Positions 20,045 to 30,873 of a stretch of 64,000 nt of DNA are shown one piece after another. A program made the translations under genes and the position numbers. The stretch comes from Nitrospirota bacterium (GTDB lineage Bacteria; Nitrospirota; Nitrospiria; SBBL01; JAADHI01). Position 1 is the stretch's first letter. Every line of letters starts with the position of its first letter. The notes under the pieces are model-generated. The model saw only the letters and a program-made list of their open reading frames with translations. It ran no database searches and was not told the origin of the DNA. The DNA lies in assembly GCA_029261135.1 (NCBI GenBank), contig JAJDBX010000074.1:92235-156234 (forward strand), given 5' to 3'.

Positions 20045-20947
20045 TTACTTCTCCCGGTCAATGATAAACAGCGCAATCTGACGAATGGGATCTGCTTCTG
20101 GCCCAAACGATTTAATTTCTGTCAAAGCTTCCTCAACCAAAACAATCGCTTCTTTCTTTGCACGTGAAACACCCATCAGCGCCGGGTAAGTGCATCTTCC
20201 TTTGGATTCATCCTGGCCGACAGGTTTTCCCAGTTTCTTTTCTTCTCCTTCGACATCAAGGACATCATCGGCAATTTGAAACGCCAAGCCGATTTTTTCT
20301 CCAAAACAAGTGAGCTGAGAGCGTTTTTTGGGTCCTGCCCCACCTAGGATACCACCAATGCGAACAGATGCTCGAATCAATACGCCTGTTTTGTGGGTAT
20401 GAATTCGTTTTAGTTTCTCAAGGGTCAGATCTTCCTTGCCTTGTGCCTCAATGTCATTGAGTTGTCCGCCCACCATACCTGTACTTCCTGAAGCCGATCC
20501 CAATTCCAACATGACCCGGAGTATTTTTTTAGGTGAGATAGTACTTGCAAGGCCTTTTTCTGCCATCATCGTAAAGGCCGCCGTTAAAAGGGCATCCCCT
20601 ACGAGGATCGCGGTACTTTCCCCAAACATTTTATGATTGGTTAATTTACCTCGGCGGTAGGCATCATCATCCATCGCGGGCAGGTCATCATGCACCAAAG
20701 AGTAGGTATGAATGAGTTCGATAGCCGATGCAAAGGGAAGTGCAAGCACACTTCTTCCACCGACAGCCTCGCAAGAAGCGATGCAGAGTATAGGACGAAT
20801 CCGCTTCCCACCGGCAAAAAGCGAATAACGCATGGCCTCATGAAGCAGGGGAGGATCACTTTTTGGGCCGGGAAGATAGGAATGCAAAAGCCGGTCTACT
20901 TCTAAGCGACGTTCAGATAAATAGGTAAGCAAGCCTGCATTATCCAT
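20045..20947 (-). CDS. ispA: farnesyl/geranyl diphosphate synthase
   Basis: 300 aa. First DDxxD is LVHDDLPAMDDDAYRRGK; second is FQIADDVLD. Confidence 0.9.
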   Translation of the reverse strand: MDNAGLLTYLSERRLEVDRLLHSYLPGPKSDPPLLHEAMRYSLFAGGKRIRPILCIASCEAVGGRSVLALPFASAIELIHTYSLVHDDLPAMDDDAYRRGKLTNHKMFGESTAILVGDALLTAAFTMMAEKGLASTISPKKILRVMLELGSASGSTGMVGGQLNDIEAQGKEDLTLEKLKRIHTHKTGVLIRASVRIGGILGGAGPKKRSQLTCFGEKIGLAFQIADDVLDVEGEEKKLGKPVGQDESKGRCTYPALMGVSRAKKEAIVLVEEALTEIKSFGPEADPIRQIALFIIDREK

Positions 20948-21200
20948 GGGAAGGTTCCCGATCCGAAACTTTTGCGCTCTTGGGATTAAAGGGGCGTGTC
21001 AGTTTTTTAGCACCCTTCTCTTCGATCAAGATTTCCACCTTCTTTTCCGCTTCCGACAGGGTCTTCATGCAGATTTTTGACAGATGAACCCCCTCTTCAA
21101 ATACTTTTAAAGCTTTTTCGAGTGGAAGATCCCCTTTTTCTAGGGATTCGACAGTCTCTTCTAAGCGTGAGAGCGCTTTCTCAAATTTTAATTGTGGCAC
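20940..21200 (-). CDS. xseB: exodeoxyribonuclease VII small subunit
   Basis: 86 aa. Contains FEKALSRLEETVESLEKGDLPLEKALKVFEEG. The xseB-ispA-dxs order is conserved. Confidence 0.85.
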   Translation of the reverse strand: MPQLKFEKALSRLEETVESLEKGDLPLEKALKVFEEGVHLSKICMKTLSEAEKKVEILIEEKGAKKLTRPFNPKSAKVSDREPSHG

Positions 21201-21283
21201 AAAAACTCCTGAAGAAAAGTGGTTTCTTCCTGTTCAATCATTATACAAAAGACTACCCGCAGGTCAAGATCTAAGTCTGATGA

Positions 21284-22087
21284 TTACCTTTTTAAACCCT
21301 GTTTAAGTGCACGTTCCGTAAAATCATGTTCTTGAAGACCAATATTGACTTCGAGATCGCTAACTTCAAAAATAGTCCGATGACCATTTTGAAAATTCTT
21401 GACCTGTGTCTGCTTCCAAACACTCAAACTCCGAACCTCTTGCCAATCTATCGTCTGCCGTTTCAGTAATTTCTGATCAAGACCGTAATAATCAATCTTT
21501 AGAATGGTCCAGTCCTCTTTTGAAACCCAGGACACTTTTTTGCTATAGATCGTTTCCTTCTCTTTAGGGCTACTTTGGACAAAGTAGCACATCACACCGC
21601 GATAGCCTTCTTCCCCTAAGGACACATGCTCATCCTCATCTAAACGCCGTTGTCCCATATCTCCAAAGGTCAAGTCAGATCCAAGGAAAGCATCATTCAG
21701 GTCTTGGCCTGAAATACGTCGTACCATGCGGAGCGCTGGAAGATATAACCAAAGGTCATCTGCTTCACCTTCCTTGGCATAATCCCAAATCAAAAAAGAA
21801 ACCCCCCGTGAATCTTCTGGAAACTCGGTAATCAAGAGCATTTTACTGTCGATTCCGCCTTCACCCCGATAGTTCTTCCAATAGCGAGAGGCCACAATCC
21901 GTTTCATTGCACCGCCCCGCTCAATGAGTTTGAGCGTCACAGTATTCTTCTGATCTTGGATTTGGAACGCATGGGCACGAGATTTTTGGATAATTTCTGC
22001 ACCCGATAAGGGCGCTTCTTGAGCGAAGCCCACCGTACTTTGCGTGAAGAGGAATCCGAACATAAAAATCGTGTATTTTATATTCAT
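21284..22087 (-). CDS. LolA-like outer-membrane lipoprotein-sorting family protein
   Basis: 267 aa with a signal peptide. The size and the TVTLKLIERGG...WLYLPALRMVRRISG pattern resemble the LolA_like family often found beside MMPL exporters. Confidence 0.5.
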   Translation of the reverse strand: MNIKYTIFMFGFLFTQSTVGFAQEAPLSGAEIIQKSRAHAFQIQDQKNTVTLKLIERGGAMKRIVASRYWKNYRGEGGIDSKMLLITEFPEDSRGVSFLIWDYAKEGEADDLWLYLPALRMVRRISGQDLNDAFLGSDLTFGDMGQRRLDEDEHVSLGEEGYRGVMCYFVQSSPKEKETIYSKKVSWVSKEDWTILKIDYYGLDQKLLKRQTIDWQEVRSLSVWKQTQVKNFQNGHRTIFEVSDLEVNIGLQEHDFTERALKQGLKR

Positions 22088-22195
22088 CTGACGTAAGCCT
22101 TACCATCAAAGAAAATAGCAAGATAACAGTCGGCGTTGACAGGCGCGGGATTTGCGTATGTCAACGCGTGCAACTTGTAGCCAGCCAACAATGGG

Positions 22196-22663
22196 TTAGG
22201 TGAGCGATTTGGACATTTCATGTCGAGTGTATCGAAATCCCAATTCTTCGTAGAAAGCCAAGGCACTCCGGTTCTCAGACCAAATATTGAATTCGACTTG
22301 CTTCAGTCCACGGTTGCTCGCCCAACCTTCGATATTCGCCATGAGTTTACGAGCCAGTCCTTGTCCTCGGCTATTCTTGGTAACGCAAATTTCTCGAACG
22401 AAAGCGACGGGCATCGGTATCGCCTGGCCTCCCTCATGTTTTCTTTCAGCGAGCCAAGCAGCGCCAAGTATGAGACCGTTTTCTTCGATAACAAGCAACT
22501 CTTGTTTCGGATCTTCGAGTATTTTTAGGAACTCTGTTCTGGGTAGATAGATTTCGACCTCTTTTATCAGTTCCGGTTCAAGTTTGACATGATATTTGTT
22601 TAACTCAATCCAAAGATTCTCTATGTTAGAGTAGTCACTCGGTAATGCTTGGCGTACTTGCAT
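22196..22663 (-). CDS. GNAT-family N-acetyltransferase
   Basis: 155 aa. Acetyl-CoA motif A is VTKNSRGQGLARKLM. Confidence 0.8.
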   Translation of the reverse strand: MQVRQALPSDYSNIENLWIELNKYHVKLEPELIKEVEIYLPRTEFLKILEDPKQELLVIEENGLILGAAWLAERKHEGGQAIPMPVAFVREICVTKNSRGQGLARKLMANIEGWASNRGLKQVEFNIWSENRSALAFYEELGFRYTRHEMSKSLT

Positions 22664-22735
22664 AGATTGCCTGACAGTTGTCTCCCCCAGAGTTCTAGCA
22701 ATAAATATCCTGGTAAGAAAAAAGTAAAGTTGATC

Positions 22736-23818
22736 TTATTTCTTGGGCTTTTCCCCCATCAAAACGACAAAAGGACTCGGTTCTGAAAGTTTGACTGTTT
22801 TGACCTTTTTAAATCCCGCTTTTGTCATCCATTCTGAAACCTCTTTTTCAGAATAAGCTGCTCCGCCCGGCGTATGAATGAGTTGATTCACCCCAATCAA
22901 AGCAGAAAGCGCCGGGCCGGTTTTTTGGCGATTCAGCATCTGATCCTGCACCAAGACCATGCCACCCGGATCGAGTGCATTTAATGATTTTTTGAGTATC
23001 TTAGCCACCACCTGCGGTGATTCCTGATTAAACATTGATGAAAGCAAAACGGCGTCATAGCCTTTCCCAAAGGAGCTATCGCTTAAATAATTTCCGGGAC
23101 GACAAGTAATGCGCTTTTCCAATCCAAAAGAGGTCACGATTTCCGTTGTAATTTCGAGCGTCTGCGGAAGATCGAGCACGGTCGCCGATAAACCTTTGTT
23201 CTTCATGCAAAACTTCATATCAAAGGTGCCTGGGCCACCGGCAATATCCAGCAGGTGTTTTCTGCCTGAAAAATCAATATCTCGCGCTAAAATATCACCC
23301 TGAGCCAAAGCCCGATAATGCATGCCATAGATATAATTTTTCAGGGCTTCTTTCCCTTGGTCATGCGGTTTCCCCACAACGGGTTTCCCTTTGACCACGG
23401 CATCTTCTAAATCACCCCAGGCGCTGTACCAACTGTCGAACATCGAAACAATGCCCCCTTGAAACTTTTTGCTGTCTTTCACCAAAAAGGTCTTTGAAAG
23501 CGGGGTATTGCGATACTTACCTCCTGTTTGATTCAACAAGCCTAAGGAGGTTGCGGCAACCAATAGAATCTCTAAACCACGTTTGTTCGCCTTGCAGCGT
23601 GTTGCCAGTTGAGCCACGGTTAATGGGCCATCTTTCAAACGCGTAAAAACATCCAGCCGGACTGCCGTGTGCAAGACTTTCGACTGCCAATAAGAAGAGG
23701 CAATCTGCATTACCTTCATGGGATCAAGTCCGCCTCCAGATGCTGATTTTGGTGTGACTTTTTTCACCGATGTCGTCTTTTTTACGACCTGTTTTGTTTT
23801 GCTCTTCATTTTTTTCAT
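22736..23818 (-). CDS. class I SAM-dependent O-methyltransferase (dimerisation domain plus Methyltransf_2-like)
   Basis: 360 aa. K-rich N-terminal tail, a wHTH-like dimerisation segment and the SAM motif LLDIAGGPGTF. Confidence 0.7.
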   Translation of the reverse strand: MKKMKSKTKQVVKKTTSVKKVTPKSASGGGLDPMKVMQIASSYWQSKVLHTAVRLDVFTRLKDGPLTVAQLATRCKANKRGLEILLVAATSLGLLNQTGGKYRNTPLSKTFLVKDSKKFQGGIVSMFDSWYSAWGDLEDAVVKGKPVVGKPHDQGKEALKNYIYGMHYRALAQGDILARDIDFSGRKHLLDIAGGPGTFDMKFCMKNKGLSATVLDLPQTLEITTEIVTSFGLEKRITCRPGNYLSDSSFGKGYDAVLLSSMFNQESPQVVAKILKKSLNALDPGGMVLVQDQMLNRQKTGPALSALIGVNQLIHTPGGAAYSEKEVSEWMTKAGFKKVKTVKLSEPSPFVVLMGEKPKK

Positions 23819-24468
23819 TAGGTCTCCCCTTTATTAGTCCTTGGAATAAAAGAAAAGGCATGTAGATTGGGCCATAGATCTGTATATTCGATTTTGGTCA
23901 TCGAAGCATGTCCGATGACCAAACGTTTGAAGTTGTGTAAGGGCATTTCAAGTGCGTCCGAAACGATCATCCGAATGGCACCCGCATGGGTCACGACCAG
24001 AAAAGTCTGCTCTGGATGACACGTAACGAGTTCGGCCACCGTTTGATTGACCCGTTTTGAAAATTGACTTAAGGATTCCCCTCCAGAAGGGGCAAAGTGA
24101 AGCATATCTTTTCGCCATGCACGCCATTCTTCCGGATATTTTTTTTTAATTTCATCCGTAGTCAAGCCGCCCCAGGATCCAAACCGCCACTCCTGAAGAC
24201 CCTCAACCGTCTCATGTTTTAAGCCGAGACTTTCAGTCGCGATCTTCGCAGTCTCTTGTGTTCTTCGGGATGGGCTCACATAAACCGCTTGAATAGGCCT
24301 CGTATTGTTTTCAAAATATCTTGGCCACACATGGGCTTGTTTCAGTCCCGATGTATTCAAAGCAGGGTCTTCAATGGCATCGTCATAATAACGATTTTTG
24401 GGGTAATCAGTTTGACCATGACGCAGAAAAAGCACTGTCGTAGATTTTCTCTCAGAATCACCATGCAT
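23818..24468 (-). CDS. histidine phosphatase family protein (phosphoglycerate-mutase-like)
   Basis: 216 aa. RHG motif LFLRHGQTDY and a later VVTHAGAIR. Confidence 0.8.
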   Translation of the reverse strand: MHGDSERKSTTVLFLRHGQTDYPKNRYYDDAIEDPALNTSGLKQAHVWPRYFENNTRPIQAVYVSPSRRTQETAKIATESLGLKHETVEGLQEWRFGSWGGLTTDEIKKKYPEEWRAWRKDMLHFAPSGGESLSQFSKRVNQTVAELVTCHPEQTFLVVTHAGAIRMIVSDALEMPLHNFKRLVIGHASMTKIEYTDLWPNLHAFSFIPRTNKGET

Positions 24469-24472
24469 GGGC

Positions 24473-25234
24473 TTATTCCGCCTTTTGAAAAGTCATCACT
24501 GCAAAAAAAACAGAGAGCCCTGCAAAAAAGAACAGGATACCCATACTTGTCCAAAAGGATTGAACAAAAACACCCTCATAACAGGCTCGAACCGCCTCGA
24601 CACCATAAGTCACTGGGTTAAACCGGCTCGCAACCTGCATCCATTTTGGCATAAAATCTGCCGGAACAAGGGCCGGTGAAAAGAAAAGCAAAGGGAGCGT
24701 CAGCATGTTTCCGATGACGACCAATGGCTCTTCTTCCTTTAAAAACATCGCCAAGGCATTCGAAATAGCTGAAAAACCGACGGCTAAAAGGAGGATAATG
24801 ACCCAGACCCAAAAAAGCCCTTGTCCCCTGGGAAGGCCTGCACCAATCAAGGCTGCGACAATAACCAGCATAAAAACTTGAATCACAACGGTAAAGCCAT
24901 TATGCAGCAAACGGCTGAACACAATGGAAGAGCGGATAATCGGGGCGACCAAGAGTTTTTCCATCACGCCATGCCGCAAGTCCCGAAGCAAACTCACCCC
25001 GGACCAGGATGCACCGAATAGTACGGTCATGATAATGACCCCGGGAGTTAAAAATTGCACATAGTCCTTGGTCGGGAATTTGGGCAGCATCGACAGACCT
25101 TTAAAAAGTTGACCATAAATAAGAAGCCAGATCAGAGGTTGGATTAATCCAAAAAACGTCCACATGGGCATGCGCCATGTGAGTTTTAAATATTTAAGGA
25201 AAAGATAATATGTATCAGAAAAAAAGTTGAGCAT
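24473..25234 (-). CDS. ABC-2 type transporter permease
   Basis: 253 aa with about 6 hydrophobic segments. Lies immediately downstream of the ABC ATPase. Confidence 0.75.
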   Translation of the reverse strand: MLNFFSDTYYLFLKYLKLTWRMPMWTFFGLIQPLIWLLIYGQLFKGLSMLPKFPTKDYVQFLTPGVIIMTVLFGASWSGVSLLRDLRHGVMEKLLVAPIIRSSIVFSRLLHNGFTVVIQVFMLVIVAALIGAGLPRGQGLFWVWVIILLLAVGFSAISNALAMFLKEEEPLVVIGNMLTLPLLFFSPALVPADFMPKWMQVASRFNPVTYGVEAVRACYEGVFVQSFWTSMGILFFFAGLSVFFAVMTFQKAE

Positions 25235-25251
25235 CAGCAGGGTTACTCGCT

Positions 25252-26571
25252 TTAATTTTTACCAGAAGGTTTGTCTTTTTGCCCGTCCGCTTTGGAAGTT
25301 TCATCCGATTCTGGCCATTTTTGATCAGATCCTTTTTCATCAGAGGCAGCCCACTCTGTGTTGGCCTGATCCCCCCATTTTTTCCAAGGCTGATCTTCAT
25401 TGTCTGGAGACTGGATTGAGTTGGCTGAGGCATCTTCAGTCTGAACGGCCTTGCTTTTTTGTTCATCAGATCCAGTGCTGTCTTCTTGCCCAGCCCACTT
25501 TTTCCAATCCTCACCGTTACCGCCGCCCCCTTCCCAATCACTTCCCGATTCAGATTCGGAGGTATCGCCTTTCTTTTTCCACTTTTGCGCCCATTTATTA
25601 TTGCCCCATTCGTCCTCAGCCGTTTCGCCCGCAAGCAACCAGTTTTTACCTGTATATTTTAGATAAACATCATCAAATGTCGGTCGCGCAAGAAGAACTG
25701 ATTTTGCGGAAAGACCAAGCTCCGTCAGCCACTGGATCACTTTTGAAAGATATTCCTGACCCTTCTCCAAATAAAGCCGAATTTCTTCTCCATGTTGAAT
25801 GACTTCTTTAAACCACTCTTTTTCACGAAAAGTTGAAAGCATCTTGTTGTCAATTGCCACAGTAAGCTTCAGGTGAATCGCATCATGCCCGAGACTGTCT
25901 TTTAATTCATCCGGAGTCCCGATCACGCGGATGCGTCCACTATCAAGTATGCCTACACGGTCTGCCAATTGATCCACTTCTTCAAGGTGGTGCGTCGTGA
26001 GAAAAAGCGTCATGCCTTCTTCTTTATTCAAGCGCCTCAGATAGGCCCATAAATCCGAGCGGCTTTTTGGATCTAACCCGGTTGTGGGTTCATCAAGGAT
26101 GAGGAGCTTGGGCTCATGAATCAAGGCCGTGACAATATCGAGCCGACGCTTCAAGCCCCCGGATAAAGAACCCACCCATTGTCCACCGCGGCCCTGCATA
26201 TCAAAAAGTTGGAGCAGGGTCTCGATTCGTTCTTCTATCTTTTTTTTGGGGAGATGATACAGGCGGCCCTGAAGCATCATATTTTCTGACACGGTCAGCG
26301 CCGGATCGACCCCGCTCTGCTGGCCGATATACCCGAAGGACATTCTTACGCCAAGTGGATCATCCGTGACATTGTAACCTGCAACAGTGACTTCCCCCAT
26401 CGTGGGCTGAAGCAGGGTCGTTAAAATTTTAATCGTGGTTGTTTTGCCCGCACCGTTTGGGCCAAGAAAACCAAAGACCTCTCCCTGACTGACATTGAAG
26501 GAGATGTCATCAATTGCACGAATACCGCTACCTGGATCAAATTCTTTTATCAGATGATCGATTTGGATCAT
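25252..26571 (-). CDS. ABC transporter ATP-binding protein (DrrA-like) with a long acidic W-rich C-terminal tail
   Basis: 439 aa. Walker [10 protein letters not shown], signature LSGGLKRRL and Walker [13 protein letters not shown]. The last ~120 aa are low-complexity with repeated WKKW-type motifs. Confidence 0.85.
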   Translation of the reverse strand: MIQIDHLIKEFDPGSGIRAIDDISFNVSQGEVFGFLGPNGAGKTTTIKILTTLLQPTMGEVTVAGYNVTDDPLGVRMSFGYIGQQSGVDPALTVSENMMLQGRLYHLPKKKIEERIETLLQLFDMQGRGGQWVGSLSGGLKRRLDIVTALIHEPKLLILDEPTTGLDPKSRSDLWAYLRRLNKEEGMTLFLTTHHLEEVDQLADRVGILDSGRIRVIGTPDELKDSLGHDAIHLKLTVAIDNKMLSTFREKEWFKEVIQHGEEIRLYLEKGQEYLSKVIQWLTELGLSAKSVLLARPTFDDVYLKYTGKNWLLAGETAEDEWGNNKWAQKWKKKGDTSESESGSDWEGGGGNGEDWKKWAGQEDSTGSDEQKSKAVQTEDASANSIQSPDNEDQPWKKWGDQANTEWAASDEKGSDQKWPESDETSKADGQKDKPSGKN

Positions 26572-27071
26572 GGAAGAGGCTCAGGACGCGTATAGATTCC
26601 CGATTTTCCACCACTTTTTTTAAGCAAGCCGATCTTGCCAAAGCTAATGCCTTTATCGATGGCTTTGCACATATCGTAGATGGTCAATGCAGCCACACTC
26701 ACTGCAGTCACCGCTTCCATCTCGACACCCGTTTGACCTGATGTTTTGGCTGTACCCCTAATTTCAATAGCTGCGATATTGTTCTCATCAGGGGGGATCA
26801 CATTAAAATGAATATCAACACTTGTAATCAAGAGAGGGTGGCACATCGGAATCAAGTTCGGGGTACTTTTTGCACCCATGATCCCTGCAACTTGTGCAAC
26901 AGCCAAGACATCCCCTTTTGCAATCTGGCCATCCTCGATTCTTTTCAGTGTCTCCGGTTTCATGTAAACGGTTCCCGTTGCGGTTGCTTCCCTGTGGGTG
27001 TCCTTTTTAGCCGAAACATCCACCATCCTCGCCCGGCCTTCTACATTAAAATGTGTTAGTTCATCAGACAT
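26568..27071 (-). CDS. moaC: cyclic pyranopterin monophosphate synthase MoaC
   Basis: 167 aa. Contains [28 protein letters not shown] and TGVEMEA. Confidence 0.9.
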   Translation of the reverse strand: MSDELTHFNVEGRARMVDVSAKKDTHREATATGTVYMKPETLKRIEDGQIAKGDVLAVAQVAGIMGAKSTPNLIPMCHPLLITSVDIHFNVIPPDENNIAAIEIRGTAKTSGQTGVEMEAVTAVSVAALTIYDMCKAIDKGISFGKIGLLKKSGGKSGIYTRPEPLP

Positions 27072-27196
27072 GCTTTCCCTCCAAATTTTGCAGAAAAGCT
27101 TATCATAGGGGCTCAGAAAGTGTCAACGGAGTGGGGTCTGATTGAGAATGGAGATATTCAGTCTTTGCAGCGATGAGACGGGAAACAGGACCATCA

Positions 27197-27248
27197 TTCT
27201 GAAAAGGCGATAAACCCGGCAGGACAGGAGTCCTGCCGGGTTTATCGC
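27197..27248 (-). terminator. intrinsic terminator downstream of the DUF481 gene
   Basis: Perfect 19-bp inverted repeat GCGATAAACCCGGCAGGAC / GTCCTGCCGGGTTTATCGC (27207-27225 and 27230-27248) with a 4-nt loop. On the minus strand it is followed by CUUUUC. Confidence 0.6.
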
Positions 27249-27258
27249 TATGGAAGGC

Positions 27259-28017
27259 CTAGAAATTAACCAGCAAAGACACGCCAAGGATCGTGTCAGT
27301 CTTTTTATTGAGTCTTGCTCCGACAGGTTCGTTATCGTACTTGACCTCGTAACTTGATTTGAGTGAAAAGTTTTGACTCAAAACGGTCACCAAGGCTGAA
27401 ACAGAATTTACATTGTAGTTGTCACCATTATCAAGATCGTGAAGATATTCGACAGCCTGTGAAAATCTGTTGATTTCTGTAAAATGAAATTCATATGCAA
27501 CAAAAGCACGCCCCCTGAGATAATCACTGTCTGTATTGTTGGTGTATTCTTCAGTCACATAGTCCAAACCGGCTTCTGTGACCAGGAAATGTTTTGGCCC
27601 AGCATATATTTTATAACCCACAACAGGCCCTACAGAATATATTGCATCAATCCCGGCAAACTTGTCCTTCAACCAACCCGCAATAACACCCGCATAGAGA
27701 CGTTCGGAGATAAGATAATCGCCACGAAGTTCTGAAGCATAACGCTCTGCAGACTTCACGCCCTCACTTTTACTACTCAGAACAGATGCCTTCCAGCTTC
27801 CTTCAACATTTTCACTGAATTTATATTTTAATAGATTTCTCGCAGAAAAGGTCGAGACATTGGTATTCCCGCCGGTATTCACGGATGAAAGCTCCCCCTC
27901 ATCATTCCATTTCTTTTCCGCTGCATCAACGGTAACCACCGCCAGCATTAACAATAAGAAAAACAGGGGGATCACCTTTTGTCTCTTCATATTTCCTCCA
28001 CTTCCATGTTGAACCAT
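27259..28017 (-). CDS. DUF481-like outer-membrane beta-barrel protein
   Basis: 252 aa with a signal peptide, alternating beta-strand pattern and a terminal ...LGVSLLVNF aromatic end typical of OM barrels. Confidence 0.55.
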   Translation of the reverse strand: MVQHGSGGNMKRQKVIPLFFLLLMLAVVTVDAAEKKWNDEGELSSVNTGGNTNVSTFSARNLLKYKFSENVEGSWKASVLSSKSEGVKSAERYASELRGDYLISERLYAGVIAGWLKDKFAGIDAIYSVGPVVGYKIYAGPKHFLVTEAGLDYVTEEYTNNTDSDYLRGRAFVAYEFHFTEINRFSQAVEYLHDLDNGDNYNVNSVSALVTVLSQNFSLKSSYEVKYDNEPVGARLNKKTDTILGVSLLVNF

Positions 28018-28316
28018 TCCGTCTCATATTTCGAGCAGAGCTATTTATACAATGGCGAATATCTGGGATCAAGGGCCTAAAAAGAAATCTATTATCAATG
28101 AAAAGCGGCATCTTTATTTTCTTGAAGATGTCTCTTTTTTGATTCTCCTCTCTCTATGTTGACTGTATGCTTCTTCGCTATGCAACACGCTGCTGGTTTG
28201 TCCTTAAGCTCCATCTTTATCCTTTAGAAATCCGGTTCATTCGGATCTAAATACTTTACTGGCCCCTTCTTGGCTTGATTTTTTTTTGATTTTCGGTAGA
28301 CTGTCATCTGCCTCTT

Positions 28317-30860
28317 ATGAAAACCTTTGTCGAAAAAATCGTACGTTTTCCTTATCTTGTTATTTTTTCCATCCTTCTGATTACCGGTTTTTTCCTTTCT
28401 CAATTTTTTAACATTGAGATGAAATTTGACCCGAAGGCAATCCTCCCTCAAGACGACCCTTATGTTCAGTTAAACAATAGAATCGAAGAAACCTTTGGGG
28501 GGGCCCGAGTCATCGTGATCGGCATTCACAATAAAAATGGTGATATTTTCAACAAAAAAACACTGACTAAAATCAAAGAAATCAACGAAGCCGTCAAAGA
28601 AATTCCTGGAATTAAAGAAGAAAATGTCATCAGTCTTGCCGATCGAAAGATCAAGTATGTGCTGGGGAGAGAAGGGGAAATCGATATTACGCAACTGATG
28701 CCTGAAGTACCATCAGATGCAAAGGGTTTGGCCGCGCTAAAAAAACGACTTTTTTCAAACGACCTTTTCCTGGACGGTCTCGTTTCAAGAGACGGTTCTG
28801 CGGCAGCGATTGTGCTCGATTTTTCAAATAATGTACCTAAGGAAAGCTATACGGATTCTGATTTACCGGAAGGCGCATTTGATGACTTTTCTCCAACTGA
28901 CGATGGGCAGAGCAGTGTCGAAGCAGACTCGGAGAAATCGCAAAACCCATCCGATGCTGAGATGGCTTCATCCGAAGATGAAATGGACTGGAAAAAGTGG
29001 CAGAATGCCCTAGCCAATTCCCATTGCGAACCCTGGCAAGTGAGCCTTCCTGGAGAAGCGCTACGGGATTCTTACATCCTTTGCCAAATCCAAGATATTA
29101 TTGGAACGCACATGGACGACGAACATGCCTTCTATCTCGGCGGCTTGCCCGTTGTACTCACCTATTTTGAAGCAGATGCCTTTCAGATGCTGACCGTCCT
29201 TTTCCCCATTTCAGTACTCATAATCGGTATTTTACATTATCTCGCATTTAAAACTTGGCAAGGCCTGGTCATTCCCTTGGTGACCTCCATTTTGGCTGTC
29301 ATTTGGGCCATGGGCATCATGGGACTGACCCGGACCCCGCTCGACCCCTGGAATGCCATGACGCCAATATTAATTCTTGCCATTGCTGCGGGTCACTCTG
29401 TCCAGATTTTAAAAAGGTATTACGAAGAATATGAAAAATTAGGGGACAACAAAGCAGCTGTAATTGAATCGACATCAAAAGTCGGGCTGGCCATGATCAC
29501 CGCCGGATTAATCGCATCAGCAAGTTTTGCATCCTTAATCACCTTTCAACTCAAAACCTTCCAAGCCTTTGGACTGTTCACCGCCTTTGGTATATTAAGT
29601 GCCCTTTTTTTAGAGCTTACCTTCATACCGGCGCTCCGCTCTGTCTTAAAGCCTTCATTAAAGAAAAAAATAAAACAAAGGCGTCCGGACATACTGGATC
29701 GATTTTTAAGCCGCCTCGCCCATGCCATCAATGGAAATGGCAGGAAGAAAATTTTGATTGGCGGCCTTCTCTTTTTCGTGATCTCTATATTTGGAGCGTC
29801 GCTCTTGAAAGTCAGTAATAGTAATCGCTCTCAATTTTTTGATTCGACCACCCTACGCCAAGATGAGAAGGTCTTAAATGAAAAATTTGGCGGCACATCC
29901 ACCTTCTATATCATGTTAGAGGAGACAAGGCTTGGGGGTTTAAAAGAACCCGCCGTTGTTTCTGCCATCGACAAACTTCAACGGAGATTGGAGGAGGTGC
30001 AGGCCGTCGGGAAAACCGAATCCTATGTCGATTATGTGAAAGTCATGAACCAGAATATTAACGGCGGGAATCCTAGTTTTCTTCGGGTGCCGGATAAAAA
30101 AGATGAAATCTCACAATATCTTTTTCTGTATTCGATTTCTGGAAATCCTGCAGACTTTGCCCGCCTGATGCGACCGCAACAAGATCAAGCCGTGGTTTGG
30201 GTCTTCATGAGATCCGATGATACGCGCTTGGCAGAAGAACTGATTGGGATTGTAGACGAAGCCAAAAACACTGATTTTAATCAGCTTGGCATCAACATCG
30301 GTGTTGCCGGAAGCACCCCGGTTGTGCTTGCGCTCAATAAAGAAATGGTGCGAGGAAAAGCACAGAATATGCTTCAAATTACCGCAATTACTTTTTTGAT
30401 GACCTCATTTTTTAGACGTTCCTTCCTGGGCGGGCTCTTTGTCATTATTCCTCTGGCGCTTTCAGTGTTAATCAATTTTGGTGTGATGGGCTTGACGGGA
30501 ATTCCTTTAGGCATCGGGACAGCCGCAATCTCTGCTATGGCCGTGGGGATTGGGGCAGATTACGAAATTTACCTCATCTTTCGGTTACGAGAGGAAGTTC
30601 AAAAAGGTGGCAACCTCGACGAAGCGGTGCGTACCACACTACTCACCTCTGGCAAGGCCATCATCTTTGTTGCGCTCGCAGTCTCATGCGGCTACGGCTT
30701 ACTTGCCTTCACGGGCTATTATCTTCACATGGAAGGTATTCTGGTGCCACTCGCCATGCTCACCAGTTGTCTGGGCGCTTTGGCCATCCTTCCGAGTCTC
30801 GTGCTTGTCTTTAGACCTAAATTTGTTTTTGGAAATATCGAGAAAAATCGCATGGCTTAA
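28317..30860 (+). CDS. MMPL/RND-superfamily exporter
   Basis: 847 aa. Two 6-TM bundles, each preceded by a large soluble loop. The sterol-sensing/MMPL-like block is ILILAIAAGHSVQILKRY. Confidence 0.8.
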   Translation: MKTFVEKIVRFPYLVIFSILLITGFFLSQFFNIEMKFDPKAILPQDDPYVQLNNRIEETFGGARVIVIGIHNKNGDIFNKKTLTKIKEINEAVKEIPGIKEENVISLADRKIKYVLGREGEIDITQLMPEVPSDAKGLAALKKRLFSNDLFLDGLVSRDGSAAAIVLDFSNNVPKESYTDSDLPEGAFDDFSPTDDGQSSVEADSEKSQNPSDAEMASSEDEMDWKKWQNALANSHCEPWQVSLPGEALRDSYILCQIQDIIGTHMDDEHAFYLGGLPVVLTYFEADAFQMLTVLFPISVLIIGILHYLAFKTWQGLVIPLVTSILAVIWAMGIMGLTRTPLDPWNAMTPILILAIAAGHSVQILKRYYEEYEKLGDNKAAVIESTSKVGLAMITAGLIASASFASLITFQLKTFQAFGLFTAFGILSALFLELTFIPALRSVLKPSLKKKIKQRRPDILDRFLSRLAHAINGNGRKKILIGGLLFFVISIFGASLLKVSNSNRSQFFDSTTLRQDEKVLNEKFGGTSTFYIMLEETRLGGLKEPAVVSAIDKLQRRLEEVQAVGKTESYVDYVKVMNQNINGGNPSFLRVPDKKDEISQYLFLYSISGNPADFARLMRPQQDQAVVWVFMRSDDTRLAEELIGIVDEAKNTDFNQLGINIGVAGSTPVVLALNKEMVRGKAQNMLQITAITFLMTSFFRRSFLGGLFVIIPLALSVLINFGVMGLTGIPLGIGTAAISAMAVGIGADYEIYLIFRLREEVQKGGNLDEAVRTTLLTSGKAIIFVALAVSCGYGLLAFTGYYLHMEGILVPLAMLTSCLGALAILPSLVLVFRPKFVFGNIEKNRMA

Positions 30861-30873
30861 GTTTCTTCAGATA

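Noticed and set aside
25215-25802. Several overlapping ORFs (25227..25802 plus, 25215..25634 minus, 25451..25666 plus, 25459..25662 plus).
   Set aside because: They are artefacts of the low-complexity, stop-poor DNA encoding the acidic WKKW tail of the ABC ATPase, and there are no independent signals.
30550-30873. N-terminal 108 codons of track ORF 30550..31908.
   Set aside because: They overlap the 3' end of the MMPL/RND gene in another frame, and the translation is not protein-like. The LOG-family homology begins after the RND stop, so the start was moved to the TTG at 30874.
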